Shown here: positions 41,488-50,261 of the stretch, piece by piece
Position numbering within the stretch: position 1 is the stretch's first letter
Layout of the letters: every line of letters starts with the position of its first letter
Assembly (NCBI GenBank): GCA_963727555.1
Contig: CAVSGT010000007.1
Span: 82,543 to 146,542 of the forward strand
DNA from: an uncultured Alphaproteobacteria bacterium
GTDB lineage: Bacteria; Pseudomonadota; Alphaproteobacteria; Rhizobiales; Xanthobacteraceae
Length of the DNA: 64,000 nt
Reading direction: 5' to 3'
The notes under the pieces: model-generated
The model's input: the letters and a program-made list of their open reading frames with translations, nothing else
Databases searched by the model: none
Told to the model about the DNA's origin: nothing
Program-made: the position numbers and the translations under genes

Positions 41488-41955
41488 CTAAGCGACCTCG
41501 AACTGGCCTTCAACCTCGACTGCGGCATCCGCCGGCAGCGCGGAAACACCGACCGTGCTGCGGGCGTGGCGGCCATTGTCGCCGAAAACTTCGACCATCA
41601 GATCGGAGGCGCCGTTCATGACCTTGGGGCCGTCGGTGAAGCCGGGCGCCGAATTGATGAACCCGCCGAGCCGGACCACGCGGCTAACTTTGTCGAGATC
41701 GCCAAGCGCTGCTTTGAGCTGCGCCAGCAGGTTGATACCGCAGGCGCGCGCCGCCTTCTGGCCGTCCTCGATCGACACGCCGCCGCCAAGTTGCCCGGTA
41801 GCGGCCAGCTTGCCGTCGGGGCCGAAGCAGAGTTGCCCGGAAATGAACAGCAGGTTGCCGCTGCGCACGAAGGGCACGTAATTGGCCACCGGGCTCGCCG
41901 GGCTCGGCAGGACGATGCCGAGATTTGCTAGCGTCTTTTCGACCGTTCCCGCCAT
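41488..41955 (-). CDS. RidA/YjgF family protein
   Basis: PVANYVP, FISGQL, NGASDL, GRHARSTVGV; RBS GAGGAGG. Confidence 0.9.
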   Translation of the reverse strand: MAGTVEKTLANLGIVLPSPASPVANYVPFVRSGNLLFISGQLCFGPDGKLAATGQLGGGVSIEDGQKAARACGINLLAQLKAALGDLDKVSRVVRLGGFINSAPGFTDGPKVMNGASDLMVEVFGDNGRHARSTVGVSALPADAAVEVEGQFEVA

Positions 41956-42146
41956 GAAGTCCTCCTCGCTGCGACGTCGGTTCCGACGAACGAACCTCTT
42001 CGCCGATCGGGCGTTGGCACGCAAGCGGCCGCCCCATTCACGGCAATGCGATTGCCGGGGAGGTGGGCGGCCTCTATCTTGCCCATATCTTGCTTGTTTC
42101 TGGTTCCGAAACGGCGCGTAGCGCGCCCGCGCGGAGAACCGCCTCG

Positions 42147-43031
42147 ATGACAAAGCCCGGCTCGCTGAACCTTCTGGCGCTGTGGGGCGCCGCCCTCGGA
42201 CTTGCCGCTGCGGCGGTCTGCCATTCCGCGGCGGCCGCGCCGGCGTCTGACGTGGTGATGCTGGCGCCGCATCGGGCAATTTACGATCTCAAACTTTTGA
42301 AAAGCCATGGCGGTGGCGGCATCGATGCCGTGCGCGGGCGCATCCTCTACGATTTCAGCGGCAATTCCTGCGAGGGCTATGAATTGCAATTCCGCCAGGT
42401 CTCGGAGCTCGATTCGGAAGGTGGCAAGCACGCACTCAGCGATCTGCGCTCGACCACCTGGGAGGACGGCGAGGCCAAGAAATTCCGCTTCAGCTCGGAA
42501 AACCTGCTCAACGAAAAGAGAACCGACACCGTTACCGGTCATGCCGAGCGCGGCAATACCGCCGTCAAGGTCAGCCTGAACAAGCCGAAGGATAAGAATT
42601 TCACCGTGCCGCGCAGCGCGGTGTTTCCGACCGAGCACATGCGGCGCATCATCGTTGCCGCGCGCGCCGGCAAGGGCATTCTGAGCTTTCCGGTCTATGA
42701 CGGCTCGGAAACCGGCGAGAAGCTCTACAATACGCTGACGGTGATCGGTAAGGCGATCGCGCCGGGGCAAAAGCCGCCTGACGATGCCGCCGCCAAATTT
42801 TCGGAACTTGCCAAGCTCACCCGTTGGCCGGTGACCATCAGCTATTTCGAGCAGGAGAGCGAAAAACAGCAGCAGGCCGGCGAGCAGACGCCGGTTTACG
42901 CCATCTCCTTCGAGCTCTACGAGAACGGCATCTCGCGCAAGCTGACGCTCGAATACGCCGACTTCACCATCAGCGGAAAGATGACCTCGCTAGACTTGAA
43001 GACGCCGAAGCCGTGCCCGGGGCCGCGCTAG
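42147..43031 (+). CDS. eipB: cell envelope integrity protein EipB (DUF1849)
   Basis: Signal peptide, LAPHRAIYDL, CEGY, FPTEH, LYENG, C-terminal Cys. Confidence 0.82.
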   Translation: MTKPGSLNLLALWGAALGLAAAAVCHSAAAAPASDVVMLAPHRAIYDLKLLKSHGGGGIDAVRGRILYDFSGNSCEGYELQFRQVSELDSEGGKHALSDLRSTTWEDGEAKKFRFSSENLLNEKRTDTVTGHAERGNTAVKVSLNKPKDKNFTVPRSAVFPTEHMRRIIVAARAGKGILSFPVYDGSETGEKLYNTLTVIGKAIAPGQKPPDDAAAKFSELAKLTRWPVTISYFEQESEKQQQAGEQTPVYAISFELYENGISRKLTLEYADFTISGKMTSLDLKTPKPCPGPR

Positions 43032-43131
43032 AGTCTGATCCGTTCAGATTGAATCAGAATGCCGCCTAACATTTTGCTGGCGCATGATCTTTTCCGTAAA
43101 CCGGTTCCCACTTTTCGGGATCATACGCTAG
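43028..43131. mobile_element. CTAG-flanked MITE-like element (104 bp)
   Basis: CTAG at both ends, each containing the TAG stop of a convergent gene; homologous to 21513..21679. Confidence 0.82.
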
Positions 43132-44381
43132 TCGCCGTCCTCGATCGCCAGCCCGCGCACCACCGCATCGTGCCCGAATTTCAAGCGCAGGCGGTCCACG
43201 GCATGCTCGGCCTCGGCCGCCCGGCGGTCGATGAGATCGGCAAGATCATCGCCGGCGGTTTCTTCCAGATTGCTGACGCCGATGCCGATCAGGCGGAAGC
43301 GGGTGGGGCCGATTTCATGCACCAGCAGGTCGCGGCCGGCGGCGAAAATACGTGCGGCGAGTTGGGTGGGCGCGCCGAGCGACCGGGCGCGGGTGCGAAT
43401 CTTGAAATCAGCGCTCTTGAGCTTGAGCGTCACCGTCGAGCCCGACAGAGTATTTGCTTTCAAGCGCGCCGACACTTTCTCCGTCAGCTCCCATAGTGTC
43501 TGCTCCAGCGGCCGCATTTCGCCGATGTCGCGCTCGAAAGTAGTTTCCGCCGAGATGCTCTTGGTCTCGCGCACCGGATCGATGTCGCGGTCGTCGACGC
43601 CGCGCGCCAGCCGCCACAACCTGCCGCCTTCCTCGCCGTAGCGGCGCATCAAGTCTATTTCATCGGCGCGCTGCAGATCGGCGATCATGCGGAAACCGTC
43701 GGCGGCAAGCCTGGCGGCGCTCACGGCGCCGACGCCGTAGATGAAGCCGACCGGCTTGGGTGCCAGAAATGCCGCGGCCTCGGTCTGGCCCAACACGGCG
43801 AAACCGCGCGGCTTGTCCATGTCGGAGGCGATCTTGGCGAGAAATTTATTGACCGACAGCCCGATCGAGACGGTGATGCCGAACTCACGCTCAACCTCGC
43901 CGGCAAAGCGCGCCAGCACCTTAGCGGCGCTCATGCCATGCAATCGCTCGGTGCCGCTCAGATCGAGAAACGCTTCGTCGATCGACAGCGGCTCGACCAG
44001 CGGCGTGAGCGCACGCATGGCGCGGCGCACCGCGCGGCCGACTTCGACATATTTCGCCATGTTCGGCCGCACCACGACGGCATGCGGGCAGCGGCGCTTG
44101 GCTTCGAACATCGGCATCGCCGAGCGGATGCCGTAGGTGCGCGCCACATAGCAGGCTGCGGCGACCACGCCGCGCTTGCCGCCGCCGACAATGACCGGCT
44201 TATCGACGAGCGAAGGGTCGTCGCGCTTCTCGATGGTGGCGTAGAAAGCGTCGCAATCGATATGGGCGATGGTGAGCTGGTCGAGTTCGGCATGCCGCGC
44301 CAGCCGCGGCGAGCCGCAAGTAGCGCAACGTGTCGCCGCCTCCGGCGCAGGACTGAGGCAGTCTCGGCAGAAGGCGCTCAC
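43128..44381 (-). CDS. dinB: DNA polymerase IV with N-terminal Zn-ribbon
   Basis: CRDC...CATC, HIDCDAFYA, YVARTYG, SIDEAF, AKIASD..KP. Confidence 0.95.
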   Translation of the reverse strand: MSAFCRDCLSPAPEAATRCATCGSPRLARHAELDQLTIAHIDCDAFYATIEKRDDPSLVDKPVIVGGGKRGVVAAACYVARTYGIRSAMPMFEAKRRCPHAVVVRPNMAKYVEVGRAVRRAMRALTPLVEPLSIDEAFLDLSGTERLHGMSAAKVLARFAGEVEREFGITVSIGLSVNKFLAKIASDMDKPRGFAVLGQTEAAAFLAPKPVGFIYGVGAVSAARLAADGFRMIADLQRADEIDLMRRYGEEGGRLWRLARGVDDRDIDPVRETKSISAETTFERDIGEMRPLEQTLWELTEKVSARLKANTLSGSTVTLKLKSADFKIRTRARSLGAPTQLAARIFAAGRDLLVHEIGPTRFRLIGIGVSNLEETAGDDLADLIDRRAAEAEHAVDRLRLKFGHDAVVRGLAIEDGD

Positions 44382-44677
44382 GGCACCTCGCGCTCCCATT
44401 GCGTGCCGCCGAGCACGGCCAGCGCCTTGCCGACATCGGTGGGATCGAAGCCCGCCTCGGCGGCAAAGCCCGCGAGCATGGTCTCGTCGCCGGCGAGGAA
44501 TTCGAGAACGCCGATCAGGAAGCCCGGCTCGCGCGCGGCCGCGCGAATCTCCGCCGGCCCGATACCGGTTTCGGCGAGGAAGCGGCCAAGCCGCTCGTGG
44601 TCGCCGGCAATGAAGGTAAGCGCCTGAATCGCCAGCGCTTCCGCCGCTTCTTTCGGCATATTAGACCGCTGTTTCAT
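44378..44677 (-). CDS. DUF3572 family protein
   Basis: AEALAIQALTFIA...RFLAETG...GVLEFL; between dinB and divK. Confidence 0.85.
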   Translation of the reverse strand: MKQRSNMPKEAAEALAIQALTFIAGDHERLGRFLAETGIGPAEIRAAAREPGFLIGVLEFLAGDETMLAGFAAEAGFDPTDVGKALAVLGGTQWEREVP

Positions 44678-44816
44678 CGGTCAAATTTGCCTTTCCGTAA
44701 TATATCCGCATTACCGTAGCCCATGATGCCCCAACGATGGGTGGGCTGGCGATGCGCTTAGCTCGTCATGCGCCTCGCGAGGAGGGGCATCTGGGGATAA
44801 CAGGGGCGGGGAAGAA

Positions 44817-45188
44817 ATGGCGAAGACCGTCCTGATTGTGGAGGACAACGAGCTCAACATGAAGCTCTTCCACGACCTCTTGGAGGCGCACGGCTACAAC
44901 ACCGTCGGTACGCGCAACGGCATCGATGCGCTCGACCTTGCGCGCCAGCACCGCCCCGATCTCATCCTGATGGACATCCAGTTGCCGGAAGTCTCCGGGC
45001 TCGAAGTGACCAAGTGGCTCAAGGACGATGCCGAGCTCAAATCCATTCCGGTCGTCGCCGTCACCGCCTTCGCGATGAAGGGCGACGAAGAGCGCATTCG
45101 CGAGGGCGGCTGCGAAGCCTACCTGTCGAAGCCGATCTCGGTCGGCAAGTTCATCGAGACCATTCGTCATTTTCTCGGTACTGCGTAA
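44817..45188 (+). CDS. divK: single-domain response regulator DivK
   Basis: [31 protein letters not shown]; upstream of pleD. Confidence 0.95.
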   Translation: MAKTVLIVEDNELNMKLFHDLLEAHGYNTVGTRNGIDALDLARQHRPDLILMDIQLPEVSGLEVTKWLKDDAELKSIPVVAVTAFAMKGDEERIREGGCEAYLSKPISVGKFIETIRHFLGTA

Positions 45189-45211
45189 CAATGTTTAGTA
45201 ACGGTGTTTAA

Positions 45212-46585
45212 ATGACCGCCCGCGTTCTTGTAGTCGATGATGTGCCGGCCAACGTGAAGCTGCTCGAAGCGCGGCTGTCGGCGGAATATTTCGACGTCAC
45301 CACCGCGCACAGCGGACCGCAGGCGCTGGCGATCGCCGAGCGCGCGGAATGCGACATCGTGCTGCTCGACGTCATGATGCCGGACATGGACGGCTTCGAA
45401 GTCTGCCGCCGGCTGAAATCCAATCCGGCCACCCACCACATTCCGGTGGTCATGGTCACCGCGCTCGATCAGCCGTCCGACCGCGTGCGCGGGCTCGAAG
45501 CCGGCGCCGACGATTTCCTCACCAAGCCGGTGACCGACGTGGCGCTGATCTCGCGCGTGCGCTCGCTGGCGCGGCTGAAGATGATGACCGATGAGTTGCG
45601 CCTGCGGGCGGTGACGTCGCGGGAAATCGGCATCCAGTCTCCCGAGCGCGACGCCATCGCCGAGACCGGCCGCAATGGCCGCATTCTCATCGTCGACGAC
45701 CGCAAGGAATCCTACGAGCGCATCAAGGCGACGTTGTCGGCCGAGCACAAAGTCGACGTGGAAACCAATCCGGGCGAGGCGCTGTTTCACGCCGCCGAAG
45801 GCAACTACGAATTGCTGATCATCTCGCTCGGCTTGCGGAATTTCGACGGCTTGCGTCTGTGTAGCCAGGTGCGTTCGCTCGATCGCACCCGCAACGTGCC
45901 GATCCTGGCGGTCGCCGAAGCCGACAACAACACGCGCCTCGTGCGCGGCCTCGAAATCGGCGTCAACGACTATCTGATCCGCCCGATCGACAAGAACGAG
46001 ATGCTGGCGCGCGTGCGCACCCAGGTCAAGAAGAAGCGCTACACCGAGCGCCTGCGCGACAACGTGCAGATGTCGATCGAGATGGCGATAACCGACGCAC
46101 TCACCGGTCTCTACAATCGCCGCTATATGGAATCGCATCTGGCGACCCTGGTCGAGCAGGCGGCGGCGCGCGGCAAGCCGATCGCGGTGCTGGTGGTGGA
46201 CATCGATTATTTCAAGGCGGTCAACGACGGTCACGGCCATGACGCCGGTGACGACGTGTTGCGCGAATTCGCGCTGCGCATCCGCAAATCGATCCGCAAC
46301 ATCGATCTCGCCTGCCGCTATGGCGGCGAGGAATTCGTCATCGTCATGCCGGAAACCGACATGGCGGTGGCCACCATGGTGGCCGAGCGGCTGCGCCGGC
46401 GCATCGCCAGCGAGCCGTTCGTGATCCAACAGGGCGCGCGCAGCCTGGAAGTCACGATCTCGATCGGCATCGCCGCGCTGGGCGCGACAAGCGACAATGC
46501 CGCGGCGATCCTCAAGCGCGCCGACGAGGCGCTCTATCGCGCCAAGCGCGACGGCCGCAACCGCGTGGTGCCGGACGCCGCCTGA
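45212..46585 (+). CDS. pleD: diguanylate cyclase response regulator PleD
   Basis: REC-REC-GGDEF; DALTGLYNRR, I-site RNID, GGEEF. Confidence 0.96.
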   Translation: MTARVLVVDDVPANVKLLEARLSAEYFDVTTAHSGPQALAIAERAECDIVLLDVMMPDMDGFEVCRRLKSNPATHHIPVVMVTALDQPSDRVRGLEAGADDFLTKPVTDVALISRVRSLARLKMMTDELRLRAVTSREIGIQSPERDAIAETGRNGRILIVDDRKESYERIKATLSAEHKVDVETNPGEALFHAAEGNYELLIISLGLRNFDGLRLCSQVRSLDRTRNVPILAVAEADNNTRLVRGLEIGVNDYLIRPIDKNEMLARVRTQVKKKRYTERLRDNVQMSIEMAITDALTGLYNRRYMESHLATLVEQAAARGKPIAVLVVDIDYFKAVNDGHGHDAGDDVLREFALRIRKSIRNIDLACRYGGEEFVIVMPETDMAVATMVAERLRRRIASEPFVIQQGARSLEVTISIGIAALGATSDNAAAILKRADEALYRAKRDGRNRVVPDAA

Positions 46586-46738
46586 ACCGGTTCGTGTGCG
46601 GCCGGCGCGGAATTTACCAATTAAGTCAGAATCTTAGAAAGCGATTTGGTAGCCAGGGCCGCTTGGTCTAACCTTGGCCGCAGGTTGAGTCTGCGGCCGG
46701 ACATTGTTCGCCGCGACGGGGGCAGCCAGTTCGAATTG

Positions 46739-46848
46739 CCCTGCGGAGTGCTCAGGTCCGCCGCATCTCCTGGGTCCGTGGGGTTCGGCCGGCTTGGAAG
46801 CGGTGGGAGTGGCCTCCTCATGCACCGCTTTCAGCCGGCCAACTTTTT
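46739..46848 (+). ncRNA. ecpR1: EcpR1 (SmelC291)-like trans-acting sRNA; 5' end uncertain
   Basis: In the pleD-rpmG spacer; stem CTCAGG/CCTGGG presents the loop TCCGCCGCATCT (46757-46768); followed by a long GC hairpin and T-run (46787-46848). Confidence 0.72.
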
Positions 46849-46877
46849 GCCTTCCGGCCGTGCAAAGGTCACACATG

Positions 46878-46907
46878 CGAAGGGCGCCCAATGGGCGCCC
46901 TTTTCGG
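46878..46907. terminator. hairpin terminator downstream of rpmG
   Basis: AAGGGCGCCC-AAT-GGGCGCCCTT. Confidence 0.65.
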
Positions 46908-46925
46908 TTGCGGTGGCTAGCGAAC

Positions 46926-47093
46926 TCACTTGATCTTGGATTCGCGGTACTCGACGTGCTTCTTCGCGATCGGATCGTATTTCTTCTTGACCATCTTCTC
47001 GGTCTGGGTGCGCGAGTTCTTCTTGGTCACATAGTAGTGGCCGGTGTCGGCACTCGAGATGAGCTTGATCTTCAGGCTGATGGCTTTGGCCAT
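46926..47093 (-). CDS. rpmG: 50S ribosomal protein L33 (Cys-free form); absent from the ORF track
   Basis: Translates [55 protein letters not shown]; RBS GAGGA. Confidence 0.97.
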   Translation of the reverse strand: MAKAISLKIKLISSADTGHYYVTKKNSRTQTEKMVKKKYDPIAKKHVEYRESKIK

Positions 47094-47185
47094 GGTCTAT
47101 CCTCGGTACGGAATTTGGCGGCGGCGTTGGCCGGGAACGTAGCGTCGAAGCGGAAAAAGTCAAGAAAGCCGCTATTTTGCGCCTA

Positions 47186-47932
47186 TCACAGCAGCTCCCG
47201 AAAGAACTGCCTGTCTTCCATGAAATAAAACGGCACCGGCAGATCGTGGCCCATGCCGGCCGCCACCCGGGCGCCGAGTTCCTCCAGCACCACACCGGTG
47301 ATGGTCGGCAGGTCGAGGTGGGTGGCCTCTTCGATCGGCACCCAACTCAATTCGACCAACTCGGAATCGGGCCCGACCACGCCCTCGATCTCATGCGCGA
47401 CCGATGAGGCATCGGCGGTGAAGAAGCGGGTGTCGAAGCGCCGCGGCCGCCGCGGCGGGGTAATGGCGCGGGCGATGAAATGAATATTGCCGAGATCGGG
47501 ATGCACGTGCGCCTTGGAAAACTCTGTCCAGATCTCGCCCGGCGCCTCCGGCGCTTGGTCGCGCTTGACGCCAAGCAGCAGCCCGGTTTCTTCGCAGGTC
47601 TCGCGCACGGCCGCCAATGCGAATGCGCGCGGCGGCGCCGAGGTTTGCTGCCTGAGGCGTTGCGTCAGCTTCTTTTCGGTATCGGGGTGCAATTCGCTCA
47701 CAGCCGGCATGGCGGTATCGAGCGCCTCGATGCGTCCGCCGGGAAACACGAATTTGCCCGGCATGAATTTGTGGCCGGCATGACGACGGCCGAGCAACAC
47801 TTTGGGTGCCGGCCCGGAGCGGTCGATCAGCATCAGCGTTGCCGCGTCGCGCGGCTCGCTGTCGGGGAACGACTGGTCGCGCTCCACCGTGTTCATCCGA
47901 TCAGCCCAGACTTTTGCCATGTCGGTCGTCAT
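47186..47932 (-). CDS. NUDIX hydrolase
   Basis: FVFPGG...AAVRETCEETGL, RAITPP..RRFDTRFF. Confidence 0.88.
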   Translation of the reverse strand: MTTDMAKVWADRMNTVERDQSFPDSEPRDAATLMLIDRSGPAPKVLLGRRHAGHKFMPGKFVFPGGRIEALDTAMPAVSELHPDTEKKLTQRLRQQTSAPPRAFALAAVRETCEETGLLLGVKRDQAPEAPGEIWTEFSKAHVHPDLGNIHFIARAITPPRRPRRFDTRFFTADASSVAHEIEGVVGPDSELVELSWVPIEEATHLDLPTITGVVLEELGARVAAGMGHDLPVPFYFMEDRQFFRELL

Positions 47933-50193
47933 CGTGCCTTCCGTTTCTGTCCGCGCGGCCGGTACTGACCTTGCCGCTGCTCGCGCCGCGATTGCCGATG
48001 CGCGGCCCCGGGCCGCCCTTCCGATAACAACTCGAAGCGGAGCGCGCCAGCAACCGGCGCGGCTTCGATGAGCTTGACAGCCACCGCATCGCCGAGCCGG
48101 TAGGTCTCGCCCGAACGCGCGCCCACCATGGCGTGCGCCTTTTCCTCGTAGCGGAAATACTCCGCGCCGATGGTGCGCGCCGGCACGAAGCCGTCGGCGC
48201 CGGTGTCGTGCAATTTCACGAACAGACCGGCGCGGGTGACACCGGAAATGCGGCCGTCGAAGGAGGCGCCGATGCGGTCGGCCAGGAAATGCGCGGTCAG
48301 CCGGTCGTTGGTTTCGCGCTCGGCCAGCATCGCGCGCCGCTCGGTGGCGGAAATCTGCGCGGCGATTTCGCCGAGCTCTTTGCGGTCGGCGGTTTCGGGC
48401 AGGCCGTTGGGCCCGAGCTTGAGCGCGCGGATCAGCCCACGATGCACGATCAGATCGGCATAGCGACGGATCGGCGACGTGAAATGGGCGTAGCGGCGCA
48501 AATTGAGACCGAAGTGGCCGTAGTTCTCGGCGGCATATTCGGCCTGCGCCTGCGTGCGCAACACGACTTCGTTGACCAGTTGCTCGGCGTCGCGGCTTTT
48601 CACACGCACAAGGATGCGGTTGAACGCTTCCGGCTTGAGCACGCCGCCTTTGGCGAACGGAATGTCGAGCGTTTGCAGGAATTCGCGCAGTGCATGGACC
48701 TTCTCCATCGAAGGCTCGTCATGCACGCGGTAGATCAGCGGCACACGCGCGCGCTCCAGCGTCTCCGCGGCGGCGACATTGGCGAGGATCATGAATTCCT
48801 CAATCAGCCGGTGCGCCTCCAGCCGTTCCGGCATGATCACGCGGTCGACCGTGCCGTCGCCCTTGAGCAGGATTTTCCGTTCCGGCAAATCGAGATCGAG
48901 CGGCCCGCGCTCGGCGCGCGCACGCACGGTCGCCTCGTAAGCGGCATAAAGCGGCGCGAGCACAGGTTTGATCAGCGCATCGGTGTCTTCGTCGGTACGA
49001 CCGCCGATGGCGAGTTGCGCCTGCTGATAGGAGAGGCGCGCGGCGGAGCGGATCATGACGCGGTGGAACGTGTGCGATTTCTTCCGCCCGTCCGCGCCGA
49101 TGACCATGCGCACAGCGAGCGCGGCGCGCGCTTCGTGCGGGCGCAGCGAGCACAGGTCGTTGGAGATGCGCTCGGGCAGCATCGGCACCACGCGGTCGGG
49201 GAAATAGGCCGAATTGCCGCGCACGAGCGCTTCGCGGTCGAGCGCGGAGCCGGGCGTCACGTAATGGGCCACGTCGGCGATGGCGACGCTGACGATGAAG
49301 CCGCCGCGATTGTTCGCCGCCTTGTCCATTTCGGCATGCACGGCGTCGTCGTGGTCCTTGGCGTCCGGCGGATCGATAGTGACGAAAGGAACGTGCCGCC
49401 AATCCTCGCGATGGGCGAGGGTCGCGGGCTTTGCAGCTTCCGCTTCATTCAGCGTCTCGCGCTTGAAAACCGAGGGAATGCCATGCGCATTGATGGCGAT
49501 CAGACTGACCGAACGCTCGCTCTTGAGCGAGCCGAGCCGTTCGACCACGCGACCGGTCGGTAGTCCAAGTCGCGGCGCGCGGCTGGTCTCGACAGCGACG
49601 AGGTCGCCGTCTTCGGCCTGGGCGGTGGCGCCGGCGGGGATCGCCAGTTCCTTGCCGAGCATCTTCTTGTCGACCGGCTCCAGCCGCCCGCCGCCATGGG
49701 CGATCTTGCGGAAGATGCCGAGCACGCGGTGTTTGGGGTGGTCGATGACTTTGATGACGCGCCCGCGGTGGCGGATGCCGTGATCTTCCTCGGTTTCCTC
49801 GACCCGCAGCAGCACGCGGTCGCCGAGCCCGGCGGCTTCGCCCGGCCGCGTCTTGCGCGGCATTAGGATGCGGATCTTCGGCGCCTCGCCGTGTGCCTCT
49901 TCGTCCCATTCGTCCGGCTTGGCGACCAATTCGCCGTCGCTATCGCGCGCGATCACGTCGGCCAAGACAGTGGAGGCCAAGACGCCGGGGTGATGGAGTT
50001 TCTTGTGGCGCTTTTCGACCGCGCCTTCATCGGCGAGGCCGCGCAGCAGCCGCTTGAGTTCGGCGCGCATGGCGTTCTTGAGGCCGAAGGCGCGGGCGAT
50101 TTCGCGGGTGCCGACCTTGCCGGGGCGTTCTCGGATGAAGGCGAGCAGTTCGGCCTTGGAGGGAAGGGTAGGGGTCTTTTTCGGTTTGTTCAA
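47929..50193 (-). CDS. rnr: ribonuclease R
   Basis: TIDPPDAKDHDDA, IADV, EEFMILAN, HFTSPIRRYAD, S1 domain; TTG start. Confidence 0.95.
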   Translation of the reverse strand: MNKPKKTPTLPSKAELLAFIRERPGKVGTREIARAFGLKNAMRAELKRLLRGLADEGAVEKRHKKLHHPGVLASTVLADVIARDSDGELVAKPDEWDEEAHGEAPKIRILMPRKTRPGEAAGLGDRVLLRVEETEEDHGIRHRGRVIKVIDHPKHRVLGIFRKIAHGGGRLEPVDKKMLGKELAIPAGATAQAEDGDLVAVETSRAPRLGLPTGRVVERLGSLKSERSVSLIAINAHGIPSVFKRETLNEAEAAKPATLAHREDWRHVPFVTIDPPDAKDHDDAVHAEMDKAANNRGGFIVSVAIADVAHYVTPGSALDREALVRGNSAYFPDRVVPMLPERISNDLCSLRPHEARAALAVRMVIGADGRKKSHTFHRVMIRSAARLSYQQAQLAIGGRTDEDTDALIKPVLAPLYAAYEATVRARAERGPLDLDLPERKILLKGDGTVDRVIMPERLEAHRLIEEFMILANVAAAETLERARVPLIYRVHDEPSMEKVHALREFLQTLDIPFAKGGVLKPEAFNRILVRVKSRDAEQLVNEVVLRTQAQAEYAAENYGHFGLNLRRYAHFTSPIRRYADLIVHRGLIRALKLGPNGLPETADRKELGEIAAQISATERRAMLAERETNDRLTAHFLADRIGASFDGRISGVTRAGLFVKLHDTGADGFVPARTIGAEYFRYEEKAHAMVGARSGETYRLGDAVAVKLIEAAPVAGALRFELLSEGRPGAAHRQSRREQRQGQYRPRGQKRKAR

Positions 50194-50261
50194 AATAGGC
50201 AGTCCTGCGCCAAAACGGCGCTCTGTATCGAAATGTAATGATCGGCTAGCGGCTTCGCCAG

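Noticed and set aside
21513-43131. Repeats as a CRISPR array
   Set aside because: The copies are dispersed kilobases apart, with no regular repeat-spacer period and no cas genes
45184-45212. CtrA box between divK and pleD (and upstream of fabD at ~430)
   Set aside because: Half-site spacing or sequence deviates too much from TTAA-N7-TTAAC to support
46600-46920. tRNA, riboswitch or protein-coding gene in the pleD-rpmG spacer
   Set aside because: No cloverleaf/TpsiC motif and no credible ORF; better explained as an EcpR1-like sRNA plus terminators
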